Origin: Phoronis australis
Lineage: Eukaryota > Animalia > Phoronida
Assembly: GCA_002633005.1 (NCBI GenBank)
Contig: NMRA01000297.1
Span: 43,909-107,129 of the forward strand
Reading direction: 5' to 3'
Length of the DNA: 63,221 bases
Shown one piece after another: positions 27,401 to 39,400 of this stretch (positions are counted from its first letter, which is position 1; each line of letters opens with the position of its first letter). The notes beneath the pieces are model-generated. The model saw only the letters and a list, made by a program, of their open reading frames with translations, did not search any database and was not told where the DNA came from. A program made the position numbers and the translations under genes.

Positions 27401-30400
27401 TTCATACCAGTTTTCGTTATTGCATTTTTAATACTCCTATCTACTTGTTTTTTTCCTTACCAGAAACAGGTTGATTTACAAACTTGAAGTACTAAAAACA
27501 GATAGATTTTGATTGCCTTCCAAAGTTAATTAGCTTAGTTAATTGTGAACCCATCCCTGAACTTTCCAGATCACAGCTACACTAAGCATTTCTTGAAAAA
27601 CAAAACTACAAGAATGGTATAATCTTTTTTACAACTCAAATCATTATTATACAAAAGTGCAAATATGGTGATAACGAAACTGAAGATTTGGAATCTCTGG
27701 ACAATTTCGGTTGCACTAACTACATAACTTCTAGGTTTCTGTCAGTCATATAGAATGAAGAGAGAGCACAAGTTAAGCACAGCAGTATTGTTTCCTTGAC
27801 TAAAGTAAAATATCTGGTTAATGGAGATTGAACGATTATTAAAGAATAATCCATGTGATATTGCTATTTCTGATCAGCATTGAAAATCCGCCAAGTATAT
27901 AATCAACACGCATGGTATTTTATGTTCAATTGTAAGTTATCATATCATTGATTTTTAAAAATCGAAAACCATACTGGTGTTGTTTTTTGCAGCTGAATAC
28001 TGCTGTGGTGTTCATTTTAACGAAAATTATTCATTGGTTAATGCTTTTTGAAAATTTGGCAGTATGTAGTCAGGCAGAAATGTTTGCTAATTATGTAGTT
28101 TATGGTGGGGTAATTACACTTAATTAGATCCAGATTGTGCATTTAGTTCAGGGCTTGGAATTTTCCGCGGAAACGCGGATTTCCGCTTTTTTCAAATGTG
28201 CTTTCCGCTTTTTTATGCGCCCACATATTTATATGTGGACGCATTATGCCGTCATCTCTGTCCGTCCGTCCGTCCGTCCGTCCGGGCGGCGTCCGTCCGG
28301 CGTCCGCTGCTCTATCTCCAAAACCCTTTGACATACGTTCATGAAATTTGGCACATATGTTCCATTCATGAATGGGACGGCATGTGCGAACTTTTGGACG
28401 GATCCGACTACCGGTGTGCCCCCTAGTGGCAATTTTAATTTTTTTACGCTTACCTTTGCATCTTCAAAAATCCTGAACCGATTTTCATGAAATTTGGTAT
28501 GTAGGCACCTATTAGTGAGATGACGCTATCCTCCCGTTTTCAGATGGATTCGACATAGTTTGCGCCACCTAGTGGCCATTTTTAGTGTTTTCTAGTCTGT
28601 TTTTGTGCGTCCACCCCTCTATCAACCAAACCGCTCAAAGGATGATTGTGAAAATTGGCGTGTATGTGCTTACTATAAGGAAGTCAGCTGACAATGATTT
28701 TCAGACGATTTGGACTACTGTGGCGCCTCCTAGTGGCAGTTTTTTTTGCGCCTAAGGCTGTATCTCCTAAACCGTTCGCAGGATCTTTACGAAATTTAAT
28801 AAGTGATTTATATTATGTTAACAACAGACGATGACGAATTTTGGACGCATCCGCCTACCGGTGTGCCCCCTAGTGGCAATTTTATTATTTTACGTTTACC
28901 TCCGTATCTTCACAAGTTCTTAACGGATTTTCATGAAATTTGGTATGTAGGCACCTATTAGTGCGATGACGCTATCCTCCCGTTTTCGGATGGATTCGAC
29001 CTAGTTTGCGACACCCAGTGGCCATTTTTACTGTTTTTTAGTCTGTTTTTTGGCGTCCACCCCTCTATCAACCAAACCGCTATNGCAACTGGTGTATAGG
29101 ATGTGCTTGTATTATGAAGATTACTCACATTTTGCCCCTAGCCTATTGAGGAGACAATGACCATGACTTTCCATTTTGCAAAGTACAACATACTACGTAT
29201 ACAACACTGTATGCCCTCTACTGGCCACTTTATGGTACCAATAAATAACCCTAGAAGGATACCGTATGCGGTGCAATTGTGGGCGCATTTCAACGCTCTG
29301 CGTTGCTCTTGTTTATAATATTTCCGCGTAAAAAAATCGGATTTGATATAAAATTTCCGCGACAAATTCCTTTCTTACCGCGGCGTTGCAGACGACGTTT
29401 CACCTCGAAAAGCGGAAGTTGCTCTTTATGTTTTGGAGGAACGTAAATCAACATTGCCGGGGCATCTGGGACAGCGTGGTGGTATTTTCAATGGCGTCTC
29501 GTGTTATTGTTGAGCGCGGCGACAAATACTACCGCTCTGCAGCCAAAAATGTGTGGGTTGGGAGTGGACGGGCGAGCTAAAAGGACGCAGACGCATGCTA
29601 CTGATGGTGGTAACGTTTTTTTTTTTTTAGTCCTCCCGATTTTTGTCAGGGAAAAGTTCACATTGACCATTTCAAGGTTGGTTATCAGGCATGATTTGGG
29701 CCGTAAAAGTTTAAAGTTTCAAAGTTTCCGCGTTTTTTGTCATTGGTCATTCCAAGCCCTGTTAGTTAGAGGCATGCAAATGACATCTAATGCTTTTGAT
29801 ATCTGAAATGTCTAAAATTTGGAATTTAGTGGAACTGACTGCTACAACTTGATTTGCATATAGTCTCGGTGGAAATCTATAGTCCGAAAGCTTTGCATGT
29901 TTCTTGCAAGTCTTGTTTAAGCAAAATGAAATCTGACAAAAAGTCATTATCATTGAAAACTACAGTTTATATTTAGTAAGCAGTTACTGGTCGGTGTTAT
30001 AATTGTGCAGCTAAATTTGTTGAGTGATGTGTTCCATTTGAGAACCCATAGAATGGCGCCCTCTCTGATTGAATCATTGAGATATGCTCTTACTCTCTTC
30101 TAAAGTGTGTGCTGTTCATATGTTACGATTGATAGTAATTTTTTAGTATTTGAAATAACCATTAAAGCAAATTTATTAGCCAGTTTTACTCTGATGTCAC
30201 TGTGTATCGTAGTTGCAGAAAGCAAGTGATTGGCACACGCACTAAGTCAATGACAGACTTTCAGTTGTAACAAGGTTTCATGCACGTAAACCATGTCAAA
30301 CAAATTTTGTTTATTTTGAATGCCATAATGGAGAAGGTAAGTTCTATGTTTTGGTGTTCCATGGTGGGACAGTATCTAATGGAATTTTGGGAAAGCTAAG

Positions 30401-33400
30401 AAGTGTGTGTTTCTCTGGTCTCCTGTCTAATAGATCATTATTTGAGGTTCAGTCATATGCATTCATTCTGGGAACGCTATGAGAAACCATGTCATTACAA
30501 GGTTTTGATCTGGTTTTACATTTAAAATTTACTGCAATTTTTAGTAAAAGCATATCTGACGATGTGTTTCTTAAATATATGAAGCAGAAAGTAGCATAGT
30601 AGAATTATAATAATTTTAGAAAATTAATAAATCTTTAGTTATTTGGAGTACACACAATGTATTTTACTCATCAATCAAAAAAATATTTGAGGCAGGTGCA
30701 GGCTATGGACTAAGCCACTTGGATCCCAACCTTTGGGTGCAATTGGCTAGCCTGCCACATTTATTGGTACAAGGCATACTGTTTAATTCAGTCGTTGGAC
30801 TAAGCATTCTTGCACAAGATATTTATTTGTCGCTGTTGGATTTAGAGGTCCGGCCACAGGATTAGGAGATCCCGCCACTGTATTGTTTCTACCCCTTTAC
30901 AGTGTAACTCTGCAAATAGGGCCTGTGTCACCATAATTATTCCTTGTTTTGTGTAAAAAGACTTCTTCTTTGCAGCATTATCGAGGAGTCCGTAAAGGTA
31001 GTCAAGCAGAGGTACAGTAAAGGCTGTTACCATCTAGTGTGTAATGTATAAAAACATTAAAGTGCAGGTTTTCACTACTTCCACTGTCATACCAGTCAAA
31101 TTAAGTGATCTTGGTGATATACTTAGCTCTCTATATGACAGACATGTATAGTATGTTATTTAGCTCACAATATGACAGACACATACAGTTATTTAGTTCA
31201 CAATGTGACAGACATGTAAAGTTATTTAGCTCACAATACGACAGACACATATATATAGTCATTTGGCTCACAATATGACAGACATGTACAGTTATTTAGC
31301 TCACAATATGACAGACATGTACAATATCACAGACAAATACAATTATTTAGCTCACAGTATGACGGACATGTATTTAGCTCACAATCTGACAGACATGTAT
31401 AGTTATTTAGCACACAATATGACAGACCTGCAATTATTTATCACACAATATGACAGACTTGTTCAGTAATTTAGCACACAATGGGACAGACGAGCTTACA
31501 ATATGACAGACAAGTCATACGTCAGTTATTTAGCTCACAATATGACAGACACATACAGTTATTTAGCTCACAATATGACAGACACATACAGCACACATCA
31601 CAAATTTTTATCCGACCGGTCGGAAATTGGTCCACGACCGGCCGTTGACTGGTCTACAAATTTGGCGACCGGTCGGCTAAAAATTAGCCGGCCGCAGCGC
31701 CGACTCATAAGGCGACTCCCCAGCCGACCCTTCAGCCGACCCTTCAGCCGACCCTTTAGCCGACCGGCCATCAGCCGACCAGTTGGTCGGCTGCTACTTT
31801 TAGGCTAGAGTAGCAGTTGCGTAATAGGTTGTCAGGCTGATACCACTTTGCGTGTCAATGCATATTCGTCTTAGCACAGGTTCAAATAAATTAACCTAGT
31901 TTTATTGTCTCCGCTACATGAGTTCACATCAGTTGTGTAACACCGCTAATTCGAAGGTTCAAGGCAAGCGGTAATATCTGTAGTCATTTTATAAACGCAG
32001 CTATTTTTGACAGTCTTCGCCCACAAGTGTTTTTTGTTTGTGTTACGCCGAACTGCATCTTTTTGCATTTTTAAAATTCTCCCCCGGTCTCCTATCACGT
32101 GCCCATGATGATGGGATATTGAGTTGTTACACCATATACTATAGTACATGGACCGCCAACTCTGTATACTTTCAATGGACGAAATCTGTGAGCTTGCGCA
32201 CAAGCCTTTACGTCATTATTCACTGGCGACACCTGGCTAAATTATCTGGTGTAATTTCCGGCAAGTACGTCGTCTGCTAATCATGGTCGGCTGCTGTGTG
32301 GCCGGTTGTTCGGCTATGCAGGCGAAATGCAGAGGCGTTAGCTTCCATAGTGTACGGAGACCCCAAAATCCGCTGTGGATGAAAAAGTCGGTTCTCGCGT
32401 CGACGGGAATGGAAGTTGTTCTTCCAAAAAAAACTTGTACATTTGTTCACGTCACTTCGAAGATGGGTGTTTTTTAAGAGGCTCTGGTAGGCCTACTACT
32501 TAATCCTGTCTTCACAAATCCATTTTTCTTTTCTCCGTTTTGATGAAAACTATCTGGTAAACTTTTTGACGAAAAATGTCCGCTAAATTTCTTCCAATGG
32601 TAGTGACTGGTGAACTCTTGTCCTTACGAGGACCTTCAGCCATAGTCTAGTGAGCGAATTAACCAAATTACTCTTCGGTGGCCCTGATCAGACGGTTGGT
32701 CTCAGCATAATGCGCACATTTGGCCAGGATTTGGATCAGCGATTTCAACAAATTCACATTCGTGTACAAATAAATAGGACGCTAGTAAAACCTTTAACAT
32801 AAATAAAGATTACATTAATACTTCAGAAATAAATACCTGGACCTGTCAAAATCTATCCCGCAATTCAACAGCAGGTTACATACTCAATTATTTATGTCGA
32901 CTGTATGCCGCACAAAACTTGAACCATCTTAGCCAAGTACGCTGCAGTCTATGAAAATACCAGAATAACGAAAAACCTCGGAAGCAAGGGAAATGAACCC
33001 TAAGAGGTAGCAAGCAAGATAAAGGGGGTGGTAGGGACGTGAAGCTGACGTGTGCTAATTTTCAATTTCATACTTTTATGTGGCATTTTCATAATTTTGA
33101 TTTGAGATGTCAACTCAGATCAAACGGTTTGAAAGTTCGGATTTTTAATTTGTAATGAACTTGAGTTGCACTGCACGTGACCTTTTATGAATTTACCGTA
33201 GTTGGCTACAGACAGGCCCACCTTTATAAAAACTAGCAACGTAGACAAACGCATGCGCGCACCCAGGGGAAAAGTCCAAGAGAAAGAGACGAAAGTCCAC
33301 AATACGGCAGCACCCCGTTTTTTATTTTAGTTCTCACGCTTTTTGTTAGCAAAAGGTCCACTTTGCCAGAGATTCGAGCCCCCGTATTAGAGGCTGGGTG

Positions 33401-36400
33401 CGCGCATGAAACGTCTACACAAATTGCACCCAATGCAGCTCCTGGTTTAAACGCGGGCTTCTTTTTCAAAGTTTGGTCAGGTATAAATAACGCCACAAAC
33501 ATGGAGGTTCACTGAAACACGTCTACCTTACAGATGTGACAATCCCTAGCCACGGAAAACTTGAGAGGCCGACAAAAATACTAATGATGAAATACCGGTG
33601 ATGATAATCATCCACTTTGTTAATTTACTTCACCTACACAATTGGAAATAGCCGCTAAAATGAAACTCATTCGAGTAAGCACCACGTCATGCGCGCACCC
33701 AGAGGGGGGGTTCGAGCCCCCCCATTTGGCGAAGTGGGCAAAAAGGTCTGCCCGCTCTCTTGTTAACAACAGGTCCATAACGTCAGGAATTCGAGCCCCC
33801 CATTTTGAAGACTGGGTGCGCGCATGCACGTGAGTCCCTGGACAGCCCCAATATGGTAGAACCCAAGGAGCTCAAGTCGGGGTTAAATCAGGATGGGCAT
33901 AAATAAGGAAATTTACTGTATCAACAGATTAGACAAATAAGAATAAGATACAAAGCATTGATACAGTGTACACGCGCACAATAACTGGGTCTATCATTTT
34001 CCCGCCGCAAGCGATTGAACTAATCGGATCACCAATGGCGCAAACCTTTCGAAAACAAGCCTGATTTTTAGGGAGTCTGTTACTGCTCTTTATATTTTCA
34101 AAACTTTAATTTGTTATAGTTAATTTATTTGCTGTGCACCTCAATGAGACCAGTTCATATATATGCATTTAACACGATTAATACATTGTAAAACCATAGA
34201 TTATGCACTATCAACATGAGACAAAAACAGTACACCCCTTTATTAAAAAATGGGTTAAAGGTTAGAAACAAAGGACGAGAGCGTAGACAAGTTTCCATCA
34301 CTTGCAACGTCGATTTTTTACGATGGACGTTGGAGAAGAACATCAGTCTGGTGACAGCAACACGGAATCGCACGAAGGCGATGATTTTCGAAATTTGATT
34401 CGTTGTGTTGTTTGTCATTTTTTCCTACAGTTCAGGATTATTTGTGGATACAGGAACAAGAACTGAACGATGCAGGGTTCGTGACAACGTTGGTGAACGG
34501 TAATATCTATCTAAGGTGTTACAACTGTCATCGATATTGTCATCTCCTCTGTTTTCATCCAACCTTCCCAGATGAAAACTTGAATGAAGAGGACCTTCAG
34601 TACTTGAGTGAGCATGGCATACTGTGTGATTTATGTTGAATTATTCAACGGTTCTTTTAAGAACCATTTCACGCTATACCTAGAACCAACAGCCCTTTTA
34701 AGGGCCACTCAACACTTCCCAGAAGAACTGCTCACTTGAGAATGTTGATTTATCAACACGCTTTCGTAGTTTTCTCAGTAGGCCTATGTGAACCGTAAAT
34801 CAAAAACTGTCCGATAACTATGCTGCTATTGGGCAAGCAGACGACATAAAGGGTCGGAACCTAAGTTTGAATTTTGAAATTAATTACGAGTAGCATTGCC
34901 AAAAGTACTCACAATACCAACACTTCTACTATTGAAAGACTTTGAAAAGCGTTTCAATACCGAAATTGATATAAATTAATGTTTTTTTCGCTGTTTTGGA
35001 CAGTAAAGTAGATGCAGGTATTTCTCGTCAAATTACAGTGACCGGAAACTGCAGCAGATAGGTCAGGAGAGTTCAACTCAGCTCGTAAGAATATGCCGGA
35101 GTTGCGAATCTGTTGTCTATAATCTATGGTTACACCTAAGAGTTCTTACTCCCATATGATTTACCGTTGCAGTACAGACGCAAACTTCACAGTCCAGTAT
35201 GCCTTAAACCCACAGACTTTGATGGCTCTAACTTCGAAATGATATGGTCACGATTTCCAGGAACTTAGACAGTGACATCAAACACGGAATAACCACTGTT
35301 GAGGCTACAACCAATTCTAGCTTTGCGCATTCCGTTTTTAGTGCATCAGTGACGTTAAAATCTGCGCTATTTACATGTATCAGTTCTTTGTTCACGTTGT
35401 TCCAAAAATAAATATTTTCTGTCAACAACATATTGACAAATTATGTAAAACAAAACAATTTTGAACGGGAAAATGTGAATACGTGGTGAAGTGGTATTTG
35501 TCTTTACACTGTATATGTGCGTGAATCTTTGGTAAAGTGATTGCGTTGTCGAAAAAAATGATAGAAAATAAACCAAGGTGCAAAATAATTTTTCTGTGCT
35601 CAGCTGTAAGAAGACCTTACAACAATTTTTTGAAACCGCGCTTTATCTTAAAGATATTCCAGCATGAGAGCGCTTCATCAGAAATGCAAAGCACATACAG
35701 CGTTGTAAGACAGAGACGTTGGCGTTTTCGTGTGTCCACAATGTACTTTGAGCAGTGTGTACAAATCTGTTCATTTCGCTTTTCTACACTGACGAATACG
35801 GCCAACACGGTGTTTTAAAAAAGTTCACTTTTGAGGGCATTTTCAAAAATTAATGTGTTGGTTGGTGCATTCAGAGCGTCGGTGCTTACGTTGCCGTATA
35901 TCAAATGTACGTGTGGGATGAAAACGTATCTGTGTAAAGAAAGAGTTGCATTTTCAAAACTTTCAGTCGTGTGTTGTCAGGACCCTACATTAATACACCG
36001 AGGCCAAGTACAAAGCATGTCTTCAAAATTTAGATAAACAAAGTTTACGGCATACTGATTACAGGGTCACTCAGACTCGGAGCACGTTCTTAGGCATACA
36101 TTTATTGTAATATCGGTTGAATTACGTGTTATTACTGTGAATAGCAAGAATGCGTACAATTAGCCATTCACATTTATATCTGCTTTGAAAACAAACAATC
36201 GTGTAGATAATTTTCGGAAAGAAGGTGAACTAAAATCATGACAGGACAAACACTACACACCATAGTTCAGATTCTACATTTAGAAGACCGTTTTTTTTTT
36301 TGAAAAAACTCAACAGCAGAAGTTTGTAATGACACGTAAACACGTAAATAAATATAAAATTTTACGCCGCGGAGTGGACGCGAAACACTAAGTATTGTGT

Positions 36401-39400
36401 TCTTACTCCATTGGTTCGGCCTTGGTGCGAAGCTGTGTAGTAAATTAAATATACAACTTTGCGCCGTTGTGGCTAAAAACTGACTGAATAAAATCTTCCT
36501 TGAGTAATCTAACTTATTTACTGGCGTTCCAAAAATTGCTTTTCTACTATTATTCTGCTGCTAAAATTGTGGTGTGATCTTTTGCGTCGACTTTTGGTGC
36601 AATGAACTATTGCATCACCTATTAGCCTGAGTTTCTTTTTCCCAGATTCTTCAAGCAAACGTTCTTCCTCAAGGTTGAGTAAACGTCACAACAAATGATT
36701 AAAATTGGTTTCACGTCACTATATGTTTTTGGAATTTGATATCAGTAAACCGAATTTTAGAACAAATTTTGCTGCGATGTTGTCATCATCTAATGCAAGA
36801 TATCGAAAAAATTCAGGTAGTGGCGCGTGTCACGAATGTACTACTTTCAAAACGACGACATACATTTCTTTGTCACCAATGCAGAAAATTACACAAGAAA
36901 ATGATGTCAGATATTTTTTGCTTAAACAGCCATAATGGGCAAGGTGAATGTCCATTGAGTTCCACATTTTGCATGCACACCCGCCAGTCTTTAGCTCATG
37001 TTGATACAAACTTCACGACGAGGTGACGAGCATAACTATTCGGGCTGTGTGCAATTTCGGGGTCTGTCGGAGCTCAATAAAGAGTGCCACCTTGCTTTAT
37101 TTTGACTATAGTCTTCATACAGCTAGCTGGCTAGATAGGAAGGCTCTAGCTTCGAAACAATTTTTTACTCCGAAAGTGACAACAAATTCAGAATGATGAT
37201 GGATCACATTCTTCCATTTTCATTCACCCATGATCTTAATCTCCGCACTATGTTAAAACCATTGTTTATGTTGTTCTTAAAATAAACTTGTTCTGTACCA
37301 ACTTATTAAGAAATTATAAAAAATAACCAATAATTATCTGTGGTAAAGTGCATTATACAGCGTGATGAAGTGATGGGGCCTGTGCCAAGAAAGTTCATTT
37401 TTACTAAAGTTAAAGTTTTGTCTTAACTTATAAACTTTGAAACTTTCGCATTCGGTAAGCCAGTCAAAATTAAGACAAAATTTATGTCAAACACTTAAGT
37501 CAAACTTAAGATCTATTTCTTGAATTGGTTTTGAGACAAATTTAACTTTTATTTTAAAATTTATACTAAACTTTAAGATTTGTCTTTAGCAAAGTCAGTT
37601 GTGTTAGAACGGGTCCATGATCAAGAGCAACAGATTAGTGTGGATGCGTGCTGCTTGTTAAGCATTCCACGGCATGAACACACTAACTTGAGGTCGTAAA
37701 ACAGCCAGCGTTGTATTCTGATTTTTGTGCAATTTTACTGTAAAATTTCAAATTTCTCGCTTGTTTTTATACATAATGTACCATATAAGAAGTCTCATAC
37801 TAAGAGACTGAAATTATGCTTCCGCGATATCACTTAACGTTTGATTTTACCACACCGTCAGTAGTTCAACATAAAAGTTTACGTGGGACAAAAGTTGATA
37901 AACCGATGTCAAGACCGGAGTTGCCACTGGTGAACAAACAGCGAACAGCTTGTTTGGCCAAAGTTCACCCGCTAAGTCATAAAATGGTAATTGCCGACCA
38001 AGGACACGCTTAATCCGAATTGGTCGTCTACGCCAGGCGACCACTTAGCTGACCCAAGTGGCGACCACAGAGGCGACTCGGCAGACGGCTCCTAGCCGAC
38101 CGTTATTGGTGGGCTGCTGGTCGGCTAGATGACCGGTCGGACAAAAATTCGTGATGTGTGCTGTACAGTTATTTAGCTCACAATGTGATAGACATAGCTC
38201 AGAATATGACAGACACATACAATTATTTAGCTTACGATATGATAGACACATACATTTATGTAGCTCACAATATGACAGACACATATTATTGCAACATTTG
38301 TGCAGAGTTGTGCAGCTCAAATTGATCATAGCATTAAACCCATTTTGAGAGCAATGAAGATGTATGTTTAGCTGGTCCCTTAATTCTGATAGTGTGATCT
38401 TCAATCTTCCCCCATTAATTCTTTCAAATGAACCTCTCAGCTGTTTCAGTTGTTCCAACCTTGAATTTATTACAGGGTTCAAACAATAAAATGAAAGCAT
38501 CACAGCCAAAAGCAATGGATGTTGACAATTCTCTTAATGAGCAACAACTTTGTCATGATTTTTACGTCTTTTTGAAGCATTTACTACCAGAGTACTTTCC
38601 AAACAAGTCATAGGGATTTTTCTGCGGAACATGTGGCATGTTTCTGCTGTTAGGAATTTCAACAAAATTCACCATTTTTCATGAAAACTACGGCTAGTAT
38701 AATGCTTGTCATTTGGCTTGTGATCCTGTCGAAACATTGATATTAGTAACTACTAGTTGTATGGCATTCTTACATTTCTGTTTAATAGACATTTGTGTGA
38801 CCTACCTGATGGTAAGTGTTAAGTATGTTTTAGGACCATGGCAACTATGGAAATAAAGAATCTACAAACCGACGGTTTAGTCAGTTAAGTTATCCTAAAC
38901 GTAATTTTACCTTTGGTACACCTGTCCCCATCCTTGTTTTTTAGGGATGTGGCTGCTGTTTTCCTGGTCCGTCCTTGATTGCTTTTGTCATGGCCCTGAT
39001 AGTTTTATTTTTGGTCAGAAGTTTTCTAAAGTTTCTTGCTATTTTCATATTTCCAAATGTATCTTGTATTCATATTTCCAATGTATCTTCTTATTTTCAA
39101 TGGCTAGAGTAAACTTGGTCAGAGAATTCTGACAGTAAGCGGAATTCCATTTGCGTGCATGTCTTTCTGAGTTTGTTTATAAAGTAAACTTATCAGCAAG
39201 TCAGTATGCATTTTACCTAATATCTACAAATTAAAGATTTTAACACAGTCTTTTTAAGTAATAAGTATCATTGGCCTAATTTCTTTTGATGTTTTCAAAT
39301 CAAAGAGTCTTCTCAATTTTATTTTTTAAGAAGTCTGTCCCAAGTTTTACAGTTGTATCAAATATACAACGGATCTGACGCAAATGATTTTTTGAAGTTA

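Larger units (their letters stand above)
31589..38163. mobile_element. 6.6-kb composite DNA transposon with TA TSD inserted in the minisatellite
   Basis: TIR CAGCACACATCACAAATTTTTATCCGACCGGTC / GACCGGTCGGACAAAAATTCGTGATGTGTGCTG; many subterminal CCGACC/GGTCGG motifs. Removing it plus one TA restores a perfect repeat unit. Confidence 0.85.

Noticed and set aside
29084-29084. Single N inside the HINE tandem units
   Set aside because: Assembly ambiguity or gap; the true array length here is uncertain and no biological inference is drawn.
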